The notes under the pieces were generated by a model. That model made no database searches, was not told the DNA's origin, and worked only from the letters and a program-made list of their open reading frames with translations. A stretch of 64,000 nucleotides of DNA, from positions 4,541 through 68,540 of the forward strand of contig DASZIP010000022.1 in the NCBI GenBank assembly GCA_035948935.1, given 5' to 3'. A program made the position numbers and the translations under genes. Source of the stretch: Candidatus Methylacidiphilales bacterium. GTDB lineage: Bacteria > Verrucomicrobiota > Verrucomicrobiia > Methylacidiphilales > UBA1321. Positions 24,452 to 32,738 of this stretch are shown in pieces (position 1 is the first letter of the stretch; each line of letters opens with the position of its first letter).

Positions 24452-24744
24452 CCGTCATCCTGAGCGAAGGCGAGGGGGGTGCGTTTCTTTTTCAATAAAA
24501 GTTCGCCGAGCCGGAGTCGAAGGACCTAGCTTCTTTTCCCGATGATAGCCAAAGGAGGATGGACCTACATCGTGAGCGGCCATTCCCGCTGCCTTTACAT
24601 CGGCGTGACGAAGCGCGTTCTTTGAGAAAAGGAATCCTGGCTGGGAAGACCTGCCGCTTCCTGATGCGATGTAGGTCCTTCGACTCGGTTCGGCGGCATT
24701 CTTCGGCCAAACCCACCTCCCGCTCGCCTCGCTCAGGATGACGG
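24452..24744. mobile_element. Decayed GIY-YIG element: two nested inverted-repeat layers around a gutted nuclease gene
   Basis: Outer arms: 24452-24476 CCGTCATCCTGAGCGAAGGCGAGGG and 24716-24744 (reverse complement CCGTCATCCTGAGCGAGGCGAGCGGGAGG). Inner arms: 24506-24530 CCGAGCCGGAGTCGAAGGACCTAGC and 24667-24692 (reverse complement CCGAACCGAGTCGAAGGACCTACATC). Confidence 0.7.
24542..24672 (+). pseudogene. GIY-YIG nuclease remnant (internal deletion plus frameshift)
   Basis: MIAKGGWTYIVSGHSRCLYIGVTKRVL* preserves the GIY...YIG N-terminal motif. Another frame reads KRNPGWEDLPLPDAM*, resembling the family's C-terminal NP-x-W-x-DL. The middle of the gene is missing. Confidence 0.5.
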
Positions 24745-24883
24745 ATTGAGAAAAGAACGATTTTCGCAGAGGTCTCCTTCGGGATGGCAAGGCAGAGAGC
24801 GCTGAACCGCCGCGAGGGCCCGCGGCGGCTACCAACGGATTTTCAAACTGTACCGCCAACGGATTGCCTCTAAGACTAGCGTC

Positions 24884-25774
24884 ATGGCTTTGCCCGAAAA
24901 ATACATTCTGCCCGTCTTTTTTCTCACGCTGTTTCTGGGCGCGATGATTCTCGGGCCGCTCCTCTACTTCGGTATGGCCGTCGCGTGGCCGATCCCGTTC
25001 CACCGCGCGATGGACCGCGCGCTCCTCATCTCCGCCATCGCGGCGCTCGGCTTGTTCCGGTCGCGCATCCCCCTGGCAAAACTCTGGCCGTGGAACGGCG
25101 ACGCGTGGAAGCAACTGCTCCTCGGTTATTTCATCGCGGCGGTTTCAATCCAGGCGATGATCGGCGCGTACATGGCGCTCGTCGGTTTTACCAGCTCTGA
25201 CATATACGGGAGGCGGGCTGAGGCGAGGGTGTTCCTGGCCATCTTCGCCGCGCTGCTGGTGCCGCCCTTGGAGGAGACCCTCTTTCGCGGCTTCGTCCAA
25301 AGGGAATTGGTGCGGGGGCTCGGCTGGCGCGCGGGTTGGGTGCTCGCGGCCTTTATCTTCATGATCGCCCACTTCCTCAAAATCCCAGTCGATCTCGACC
25401 GCGAGCCGGTCCATCTCTGGAGCGGCGCGACCGCCTTGGGCGCGGCGTTTGTCAACCTTGGCCACGACCTCGCCCAGCCCGAAAACGTCGGCAAGGCGGT
25501 GAACCTCTTTCTCATCGGCCTGATTCTCGGGGGCGTCTTCCTGCGCTCCGGCACGCTCTGGATGAACGCCGGTCTCCACAGCGGCTGGATCTTCGGCCTG
25601 CTCCTTTTCACCGGCTTCACGCGTCCCGCGGAGCCTCCCTACGTTTCGTGGTTCGTCGGCGATATTCTTTCCAGTTTGGCGACGACGCTGGTATTACTGC
25701 TGCTAGGACTATGGCTATGGCGCTTCTATCGTCATCCCTCCGTTTTGCCCGGGACTGGGGAGAATGCGCCCTGA
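24884..25774 (+). CDS. CPBP-family intramembrane glutamic endopeptidase
   Basis: Multi-TM protein with LEETLFRGF (EExxxR motif) and FIFMIAHF (FxxxH motif). Confidence 0.8.
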   Translation: MALPEKYILPVFFLTLFLGAMILGPLLYFGMAVAWPIPFHRAMDRALLISAIAALGLFRSRIPLAKLWPWNGDAWKQLLLGYFIAAVSIQAMIGAYMALVGFTSSDIYGRRAEARVFLAIFAALLVPPLEETLFRGFVQRELVRGLGWRAGWVLAAFIFMIAHFLKIPVDLDREPVHLWSGATALGAAFVNLGHDLAQPENVGKAVNLFLIGLILGGVFLRSGTLWMNAGLHSGWIFGLLLFTGFTRPAEPPYVSWFVGDILSSLATTLVLLLLGLWLWRFYRHPSVLPGTGENAP

Positions 25775-26418
25775 ATCTCGCTTTTCCCTGGCCCGAAACG
25801 ACGGCCGCCGAGCCGGTGGCGATCGAGCGCCCCTATTGCCGCCAATGCGGTTATCCCTATCCCGGCCTGCCGGTCGACGACTCAACTTTCCTTTGCGCCC
25901 ATTGCTCGGAGCGAACCTGGCATTTCGAGTGGGCGCGCTCCGGCTATCGGACCGAGGGGCAGGTCCTCGACGCCATCATCGGCTTCAAGTACCGGGACGA
26001 ATATTACCAGCATGTGCGGTTGGTCCAATGGCTGACCAAGACCTTCGACGACCACGCCCGGCATGGCGACTGGCATGCGCTTGTGCCTGTGCCGCTCTAC
26101 CATCGGCGGCGGCGGGAGCGCGGATTTAACCAGGCCCACGAGATGGCGCGAGGGCTCGCGGTGAAGCGAAAAATACCGGTTTTGGACTGCCTTTACCGTT
26201 ATCGTGAGACCGTTTCGCAGACGAAACTCGAGCGCACCGCCCGCTGGGAAAACATGTCCGGCGCGTTCCGCATGAAACGGGGATTTGACGTGAAGGGTCG
26301 CTATTTGCTAATAATAGACGATGTTTTTACGACAGGCGCGACGGTTAATGCCTGCGCTCAAGCTCTGGCCCAGGCCGGGGCGGCCCGGCTTGCCGTCCTG
26401 ACTGTCGCCCGGAGTTGA
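25711..26418 (+). CDS. comF: ComF-family protein (phosphoribosyltransferase domain)
   Basis: Zinc-finger-like CRQCGYPY...CAHC, then ...VPVPLYHRRRRERGFNQAHEMA...LLIIDDVFTTGATVNACA. The start is the ATG at 25711, which overlaps the CPBP gene 3' end. Confidence 0.8.
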   Translation: MAMALLSSSLRFARDWGECALNLAFPWPETTAAEPVAIERPYCRQCGYPYPGLPVDDSTFLCAHCSERTWHFEWARSGYRTEGQVLDAIIGFKYRDEYYQHVRLVQWLTKTFDDHARHGDWHALVPVPLYHRRRRERGFNQAHEMARGLAVKRKIPVLDCLYRYRETVSQTKLERTARWENMSGAFRMKRGFDVKGRYLLIIDDVFTTGATVNACAQALAQAGAARLAVLTVARS

Positions 26419-26442
26419 GTCCTTCCTCCTTCCCACAAAACC

Positions 26443-27420
26443 ATGTCCAATCCCCTCACTTCCTCCGGCAGTTTTTTCCCAAAACCCGATTACGGCAAGA
26501 CGCCGTCGCGCAAAAAGGAAATGCCGGAGGGGCTTTGGACGAAATGCCCCGGATGCAGCGCCTACGTTTTCAACAAGGAACTCGAATCGCTGCAGATGGT
26601 CTGCAAGGAATGCGGCCATCATTTCAACATCACCGCGCACCAGCGGCTCCAGCATCTGCTCGACGAGGGCTCGTGGCAGGAATTCGACGCGGGCGTCTCC
26701 TCCGTCGATGTCCTGAAATTCACCGGCGCCACCAGCTACTCGGATCAGTTGAAGAAGTACCAGAAGAAGACCGGCCTCAAGGAAGGGGTCGTTGCCGGGC
26801 TGGGCAAGATCGAGGGGCATGCGATTTCCGTGGCGGTGATGGAATTTAATTTCCTGGGCGGCTCGATGGGTTCCGTGATGGGGGAAAAAATCACCCGCGC
26901 CATCGAACGGGCGACCGAAGGGGGGCTGCCGGTGCTGATTTTCTCCGCGTCGGGCGGCGCGCGGATGCACGAGGGCATGTTCAGCCTGATGCAGATGGCG
27001 AAGACCAGCGGCGCTCTTTCGCGCCATGCCGCGGCGCGCCTGCCTTACATTTCGATCCTGACCCATCCGACCATGGGCGGGGTGACGGCGAGCTTCGCCA
27101 CGCTGGGCGACTTCAACATCGCCGAGCCGAAGGCGATGATCGGCTTTGCCGGCGCGCGCGTCCTCAAGGAGACGACGCGGCAGGATCTGCCCAAAGGATT
27201 CCAGACCGCCGAATTTTTGCTCGAACGGGGGCTGATCGACCGCATCGTCTCGCGCCTCGAAATGCGCGCCGAACTCGCCAAGCTCCTCGATTATCTTGGT
27301 CAGCGGGCCGCTTCCCGCAAAGGCCACGATTCCCACCGCAAGGGCCATGCCCCCCATTCGCGGCCACAGGAGCCCCACGCCGTTCATCACAACGGCCACG
27401 CGCACAAACACGCGGCGTGA
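26443..27420 (+). CDS. accD: acetyl-CoA carboxylase carboxyltransferase subunit beta
   Basis: LWTKCPGCSAYVFNKELESLQMVCKECGHHF (Zn ribbon)...GGSMGSVMGEKI...SGGARMHEG... It ends in an unusual His-rich tail, SHRKGHAPHSRPQEPHAVHHNGHAHKHAA. Confidence 0.95.
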   Translation: MSNPLTSSGSFFPKPDYGKTPSRKKEMPEGLWTKCPGCSAYVFNKELESLQMVCKECGHHFNITAHQRLQHLLDEGSWQEFDAGVSSVDVLKFTGATSYSDQLKKYQKKTGLKEGVVAGLGKIEGHAISVAVMEFNFLGGSMGSVMGEKITRAIERATEGGLPVLIFSASGGARMHEGMFSLMQMAKTSGALSRHAAARLPYISILTHPTMGGVTASFATLGDFNIAEPKAMIGFAGARVLKETTRQDLPKGFQTAEFLLERGLIDRIVSRLEMRAELAKLLDYLGQRAASRKGHDSHRKGHAPHSRPQEPHAVHHNGHAHKHAA

Positions 27421-27428
27421 GGTTTCGC

Positions 27429-27496
27429 GTGGCCCGGCAACGACAGGCGTGCCTGTGTTGTCCGGGTTCGCGCGGAGTCATTCCGCGCCAACAGGA
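27429..27496 (+). repeat. Two-hairpin extragenic element, copy 1
   Basis: GTGGCCCGGCAACGACAGGCGTGCCTGTGTTGTCCGGGT (hairpin 1), TCGCGCGGAGTCATTCCGCGCCA (hairpin 2), then ACAGGA. Hairpin 1 is 38/39 identical to the reverse complement of 62635-62673. It begins 9 nt after the accD stop. Confidence 0.8.
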
Positions 27497-27572
27497 GGTT
27501 GCCGGAAGATTTTAGGGATGCGAAGGGACTTTTGGATTGCACCCTACCCAAACATGCGTTATTATATGCGTT

Positions 27573-27818
27573 GTGAAAACCGCCTCGGTTTATGACGTGC
27601 AGCACAATTTCAGTCGCATTCTCTCGTGGGTGACCGCCGGAGAAACCGTGATCATTCGCCGGCATCGTGTCCCCGTGGCGAAACTCGTGCCCACAAAAAA
27701 AGAGAAATCGCGCGCGAAAATGCCCGATTTCATGGCCCGTTTAAAAAAGAATTTCGGAGACAAGGTGTTTCCCGATTCCCAGCCCATTTTGGATGAATTG
27801 CGCGAGGATCGCTATTGA
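27573..27818 (+). CDS. type II antitoxin, Phd/YefM-like (VapB role)
   Basis: GTG start. (M)KTASVYDVQHNFSRILSWVTAGETVIIRRHRVPVAKLVP is a Phd/YefM-type N-terminus. Its stop overlaps the downstream PIN gene start by 4 nt. Confidence 0.7.
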   Translation: MKTASVYDVQHNFSRILSWVTAGETVIIRRHRVPVAKLVPTKKEKSRAKMPDFMARLKKNFGDKVFPDSQPILDELREDRY

Positions 27819-28255
27819 ATGTTTATTTCGATACGGGGCTTCTCGTGAAGCTCTATTTGACCGAGCAAAACTCTTCTGAAGCAACGGCCCTTATTCAAGG
27901 GCACGGAATCCCCATTTGCTTTTGCGGATTGCAGCAAACGGAATTGCGCAATGCTCTCTATCGCAAATGTGGCCGGAGTGAAATCACGGAAAGACAATTA
28001 ACGGTGGCACTAAAGGATATTCAATCCGATATGGATGGAGGTGTTCTGCAAATGCCTGATATTGAATGGCCGGAAATTTGGACCAATGCGGATCGGTTGA
28101 CGGCCAAATACGCCCTAGCCACGCAATGCCGAACACTCGACATGCTGCACGTGGCCGTGGCCGTGCAATTAGGGATAAAAACCTTCGGCACGACCGATAA
28201 TCGTCAGATGGTGCTGGCGCGAAAGGCAGGTCTGAAAGTGATAAGTTTGGCTTGA
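27815..28255 (+). CDS. vapC: PIN-domain toxin (VapC)
   Basis: TTG start. NVYFDTGLLVKLYL (first acidic residue), ...LDMLHVAVAV...FGTTDNRQ (PIN acidic residues); 146 aa. Confidence 0.8.
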   Translation: MNVYFDTGLLVKLYLTEQNSSEATALIQGHGIPICFCGLQQTELRNALYRKCGRSEITERQLTVALKDIQSDMDGGVLQMPDIEWPEIWTNADRLTAKYALATQCRTLDMLHVAVAVQLGIKTFGTTDNRQMVLARKAGLKVISLA

Positions 28256-28270
28256 AAACAGACTGGAGTC

Positions 28271-29257
28271 TTACAACCTCACCAACACATTCTCCGGCAC
28301 GGCGCCGAGCTCGAAGGCCGAAATGGTTTCCAGCGTCGTCTTCGCGATGTTCGCCAGCGCTTCGTGGGTGAGGAAAGCCTGGTGCGACGTGATCAGCACG
28401 TTGGGCAGCGAAATGAGCCGCGCGAGCACGTCGTCCTGCAGCACCTCGCCGGAGAGATCGTGGAAGAAGATGCCCGCTTCCTCCTCGTAGACGTCGAGCG
28501 CCGCGCCGCCGATGCGGCCCGACTTGAGCGCGTCGATCAGCGCCTGGGTTTCGATTAGCGCGCCCCGGCTCGTGTTGACGATGAAGGCGCCCGGCTTGAG
28601 TTGCGCGATCGTCGTTGCGTTGAGAAAATGACGTGTCTCCGGCAGCAGCGGGACGTGGAGGGAGATCACGTCGCTTTCGGCCAGCAGTTGCTCCGCCTTC
28701 ACGTAGGCGACCGGGAGATCGGCGCGCGGAAAGACGTCGAAGGCGAGGAGGCGGCAGCCGAAGCCAGCCATGATTTTCGCGAAAACAGCCCCGATCTTTC
28801 CCGTGCCGACGATCCCAACCGTCTTGCCGTGGAGGTCGAAGCCGACAAGCCCCTCGAGCGAAAAATTCGATTCGCGCACCCGGTTGTAGGCCCGGTGCAG
28901 CTTGCGGTTGAGCGCCAGCAACAGCGCCACGGCGTGTTCGGCAACCGCGTAGGGCGAGTAGTCGGGCACGCGCGTGACCGTCAGCCCCAGTTCCCGCGCC
29001 GCGGCGAGATCGACGTTGTTGAAACCGGCCGAACGCAGCGCCACGAGCCGGACGCCCGTTTCGCGCAGCGCGGTGAGGGTGGGCCGGTCGAGGACGTCGT
29101 TGACGAACGCGCAGACCGCCCCGCTCTCCGCCGCCAGCCTGGCGGTCTCGCGGTCGAGCCGCGCGCCGAAAAAGCGGAGGTCGTGCCCGAGTCGTGCGTT
29201 CTCGCTTTCGAGCGCGGCCCTGTCGAAACGGTGGGTGTCAAAGACGGAGACAATCAT
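28271..29257 (-). CDS. ldhA: D-lactate / 2-hydroxyacid dehydrogenase
   Basis: MIVSVFDTHRFD...LRSAGFNNVDL...VGIVGTGKIGAVFAKIM (NAD site)...NTSRGALI...TSHQAFLT. The start is the internal ATG at 29255-29257. Confidence 0.85.
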   Translation of the reverse strand: MIVSVFDTHRFDRAALESENARLGHDLRFFGARLDRETARLAAESGAVCAFVNDVLDRPTLTALRETGVRLVALRSAGFNNVDLAAARELGLTVTRVPDYSPYAVAEHAVALLLALNRKLHRAYNRVRESNFSLEGLVGFDLHGKTVGIVGTGKIGAVFAKIMAGFGCRLLAFDVFPRADLPVAYVKAEQLLAESDVISLHVPLLPETRHFLNATTIAQLKPGAFIVNTSRGALIETQALIDALKSGRIGGAALDVYEEEAGIFFHDLSGEVLQDDVLARLISLPNVLITSHQAFLTHEALANIAKTTLETISAFELGAVPENVLVRL

Positions 29258-29422
29258 ACGGCTTAAGGCTAGAAGCAAAACTCCCGCGGGCAAATTTATT
29301 GAACCTTTATTTGCCAAAAAACAGTTAACGCCAAATTTGAGCCATCCGCCTATGGACAAATGCGGACAACGCGCTAAGTAGAAAACGGGGACGGAATAAA
29401 TCCGTTCGCAGAAAGGGAAACC

Positions 29423-31324
29423 GTGAGTTCCAGCAACAGTTATTCTGCGTTAACAGGGGAATCGCCCATCGTCGCGCCGTTGCGGATGGCGAGGGCGCGC
29501 GCCGTTCCTTTCGCCACCCCGGCGCGTTTCTCATGGCTCGTTCTCGGCCTCATCGCCCTGCTCTACGCGGGCGTCTCCTTCGCGCCCGTGATTTTCGACG
29601 ACAACGAGGGTCTCTACGCCGGCGCGGTGCGCGAGATGCATCAGCGCGGCGACTGGCTTCTGCCCACCACCAACGGCTTCCCGCGTGTCCAGAAACCGCC
29701 GCTGGTCTACTGGACGATGCTCGTTTCCACCTCGGTTTTCGGCGACAACGAATTCGTCCTGCGCCTGCCCAACGCTCTGGCGACCGCCGGGTGGATCGCC
29801 GCCACCTACCTCATCATGCGGCGGCTTGGCGGCGAGCGCTTCGGCCTCGCTTCGGCGCTGGTTCTCGCTTCGATGATGGGTGTCTGGGTCTTCAATCATC
29901 TCGTCCAACCCGAGCCGTTCCTCGCCTGCTTTATTTCGCTCGCCATCTGGTGTCTCGTCGAGGCGCGGCTGTTTGCGAAACCCCACGACGCGACGCCGTC
30001 GAGCCACCTCATGGCCGGGCGTTTTCCGGGCGACGGCTGGTATCTCCTTTTCTGGATTTTTCTGGCGCTCGGCGCGTTGAGCAAGGGCCTCCACGGCGCG
30101 CTCTGGCCGTTGGGCACGGCGGCGCTGACCGCGCTTTTCGTTCCAGGCTGGCACGCGTGGCTCCGGCCTGTTTTGAGCCTGCGCGGCTTTCTCGTCTTTC
30201 TTCTCCTTCTCGCGCCCTGGTACGTCTACATGGCCGCGCGCTTTCCCGGATTCCTCGCCGCCCATTTCGTCAACGAACAATTGGGCGCGTGCCTGAACAC
30301 CCGTTATCCCGCCGACGCCCGGCAGCTTCCCCTCGTCCAATTTTACGCCCAGCACCTCCTCTTCTGGATGCCCTGGACCCTGCTCCTGCCCGGCGCGATT
30401 TACGCCGCGGTGAAAACGGCCCGCGCCGCCCGGCGCCAGCCCCACTTCTTCCCTCCGCAGACCCTCGACATCATCAAGCTCCTCGGCTGCTGGTTCGTCC
30501 TCACCCTGGTGTCGGTTGCCTTTTCCACGAGGCAGGATTATTACAGCATGAGTTGCTGGGGCGTGGCCGCCGCGTTCCTCGCCATGCCCTGGATGATGAG
30601 GGAACTTTCGCTGCCGCGCCTGCCCCGGCTTTACCTCGTCGCGCCCTGCGCGTTGGTCGCGATCGGAGGCGCCCTCGCGCTCGGCTTCGCCGTCTGGATC
30701 ACCCCGCGGCTCGGCGCGCTCGGCGAAATAACCGCCGCCCCCATCCGCGACAGGGACACGTTCATGGACGCCATTGCCGGGATTTCTCCCGCGTTATGGG
30801 GGCAATTCATCGCGCTGCTCGGAATTTTTGGCGCCGTCATGCTGATCGCCGGGGCCGTCGCGACCGCCCTCGCGTGGCGGAGAAAATCGTTCCCCGCCCT
30901 CCTCGTCGTCTCCGGCGCCATGGCCGTCCCGATTTGCCTCGCCGCCGCCGGTTTTGTCATGATGAGCCCCTACTTCTCGCTCGCCGGCCAGGCGCGGGCG
31001 ATCAATCGCGAGATCGCCGCCGAACCCGACGCCGTCGTCGCGTGCGAAGCGCAGCCCCACACCGCGTCGAGCCTCTTCTATTACCTCAACGCCCGCATCC
31101 ACTGGGTGAACGCCCCGTTCGACGAGCAATACGCCCAGCGGGTCCTCGGCTTGGGCCGCGATTATTATTGGGACGAGGCGGGGCTCGAGAAGGCCTGGCG
31201 CTCGCTCCATCCCGTTTATTTGATCGTCGAAGAGAGCCGGCTTGCCTATTGGCGGGGCATGCTTCCGCCCGGCGCGCGCGTGGTCGACAAAAGCGGCACG
31301 CGGCTCGTGTTGTGCAATCGATAA
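29423..31324 (+). CDS. ArnT-like glycosyltransferase (GT39/GT83, PMT_2 type)
   Basis: 633 aa with more than 10 TM. N-terminal DDNEGLYAGAVREMHQRGDWLLPT...PRVQKPPLVYW is typical of the ArnT/PMT family. Confidence 0.8.
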   Translation: MSSSNSYSALTGESPIVAPLRMARARAVPFATPARFSWLVLGLIALLYAGVSFAPVIFDDNEGLYAGAVREMHQRGDWLLPTTNGFPRVQKPPLVYWTMLVSTSVFGDNEFVLRLPNALATAGWIAATYLIMRRLGGERFGLASALVLASMMGVWVFNHLVQPEPFLACFISLAIWCLVEARLFAKPHDATPSSHLMAGRFPGDGWYLLFWIFLALGALSKGLHGALWPLGTAALTALFVPGWHAWLRPVLSLRGFLVFLLLLAPWYVYMAARFPGFLAAHFVNEQLGACLNTRYPADARQLPLVQFYAQHLLFWMPWTLLLPGAIYAAVKTARAARRQPHFFPPQTLDIIKLLGCWFVLTLVSVAFSTRQDYYSMSCWGVAAAFLAMPWMMRELSLPRLPRLYLVAPCALVAIGGALALGFAVWITPRLGALGEITAAPIRDRDTFMDAIAGISPALWGQFIALLGIFGAVMLIAGAVATALAWRRKSFPALLVVSGAMAVPICLAAAGFVMMSPYFSLAGQARAINREIAAEPDAVVACEAQPHTASSLFYYLNARIHWVNAPFDEQYAQRVLGLGRDYYWDEAGLEKAWRSLHPVYLIVEESRLAYWRGMLPPGARVVDKSGTRLVLCNR

Positions 31325-31360
31325 TGTAGCGGCGGTCTATGACCGTCGCTGACTTTTCAC
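31325..31360 (+). terminator. TGTAGCGGCGGTC-family hairpin plus T-run directly after a stop codon
   Basis: The element starts on the base after TAA (31322-31324). AGCGGCGGTC-TAT-GACCGTCGCT forms a 10-bp stem with one mismatch, followed by GACTTTTCAC. Confidence 0.45.
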
Positions 31361-31450
31361 TGGAGCGACGCGCTCCTGCGCGTCCGCGGACGGCCGGGAG
31401 GTCGTCCCTACAAAAAACCGTGGCATTCGACCATCCGAAATGGCACAGGA

Positions 31451-31499
31451 TGCGGCGGTTCCTTTGGCAAGCTCAGGGCGGGCTCCGACCGCCGCTACA
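31451..31499 (-). repeat. TGTAGCGGCGGTC-family element, inverted copy, directly after the stop of the convergent gene
   Basis: The minus strand reads TGA-TGTAGCGGCGGTCGGAGCCCGCCCTGAGCTTGCCAAAGGAACCGCCGCA. It is nearly collinear with 10647-10696. Confidence 0.8.
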
Positions 31500-32717
31500 T
31501 CAAGACGACCCTGTCAGCCGCTCGATTTCAATCCCCACAAGGCAGACGTCGTCCCGGAAATCGTCCTGCCCGGAGAACTGCCGCGCCTGGGTTAGAAGCG
31601 CGTCGAGAAAAGCTTCTCCACGCTGGCGCGCGCAGTTTTGGATGAGCGCGAGAAATCGCGGATCGTCGGGCGTCAGGTCCTTGTCTTCGCCGAGATCGGA
31701 GAGGCCGTCGGTATAGAGAAGCAGGAAATCGCCGGCCTTCACCGCGCCCTGCTCCGTCGGATAAACCGAATCCTCCGCCACTCCCAGCGCAAACGGATGG
31801 CGCTGCGAGTCGTCGCCCATGGTTCGCACCGTGTGGCGGTCCCGGCAGATGTGCAGCGGCTGCGGATGGCTCGCGTTGGCAAAGCGCACCGCGCCGGTCG
31901 TCGTATCGATAACCAGGTAAAGGGCCGTGACGAACATCGAAGTCGACAGCGGCCCGAAGAAGTGATGCAGCCGCCGGTTCAGTTCCCCGAGAAACGCGCC
32001 CGGGTCGCCCGCAAGTCCCTGGATTTCCTCCACCAGCACCCGCTCCACCGCCGTCACCAGCGCGGCATGGACTCCGTGCCCCATCACGTCGCAAATCAGA
32101 ACGCCCGCCTGTGTGTCCGAGATTTGGTTGATCGTGAAAAAATCGCCCCCGACCCGTCCTTCCGGCAGATAGCGGTGCGAGAAACGAAGCGCGCTGCCCG
32201 CTTCCGTCGCGTCGTGCGGGAAGGAGGGATAACTCTGCGGAAGCAACGCCTGCTGCACTTCCCGGGCCAGCGCGAGTTCCATCGCCATCTGCTCCTGCTG
32301 GCCCGCCAGCGCGTCGGTGTATTCCTTCAGTTTCTCCGATTGGAGGTGCTCCTCGGTCACGTCGCGCGAGATGCCGCATATCCCGATGATCTTTCCCGAG
32401 CCGTCCCGCGTAGGCACCTTGGTTGTGGAAACCCAGGTGATGCGGCCATCGGGGTGCTTTTCCTGTTCCAGCTTTCCCACCAGGGGCTTGCCGGTGGTGA
32501 TGATCTGCTGCTCATCGGCAAAAGCCTGGTTCGCATGTTCGGGCAAAAAGAAATCGAAGTCGGTCAGGCCCTCGATTTCCTTTTCATTGAGCGTCCTGTG
32601 AAATTCTCTCGTCGCCCGATTGACGGAAATGAAGCGTCCCTGGCAATCCTTGAAATAGATCCGGTCCGGAATCGTATCCATGAGTGCCATGAGCAGATGG
32701 TGATCGATCTGGGCCAT
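31500..32717 (-). CDS. PAS-domain PP2C/SpoIIE-family serine phosphatase
   Basis: N-terminal PAS (DRIYFKDCQGRFISVN...DGRITWVSTTKVPTRDGSGKIIGICGISRDVTE), then SpoIIE-type ...VGGDFF...ICDVMGHGVHAAL...LLLYTDGL...DDVCLVGIE. Confidence 0.85.
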   Translation of the reverse strand: MAQIDHHLLMALMDTIPDRIYFKDCQGRFISVNRATREFHRTLNEKEIEGLTDFDFFLPEHANQAFADEQQIITTGKPLVGKLEQEKHPDGRITWVSTTKVPTRDGSGKIIGICGISRDVTEEHLQSEKLKEYTDALAGQQEQMAMELALAREVQQALLPQSYPSFPHDATEAGSALRFSHRYLPEGRVGGDFFTINQISDTQAGVLICDVMGHGVHAALVTAVERVLVEEIQGLAGDPGAFLGELNRRLHHFFGPLSTSMFVTALYLVIDTTTGAVRFANASHPQPLHICRDRHTVRTMGDDSQRHPFALGVAEDSVYPTEQGAVKAGDFLLLYTDGLSDLGEDKDLTPDDPRFLALIQNCARQRGEAFLDALLTQARQFSGQDDFRDDVCLVGIEIERLTGSS

Positions 32718-32738
32718 AGACGACTTTTTGAACGGCTG

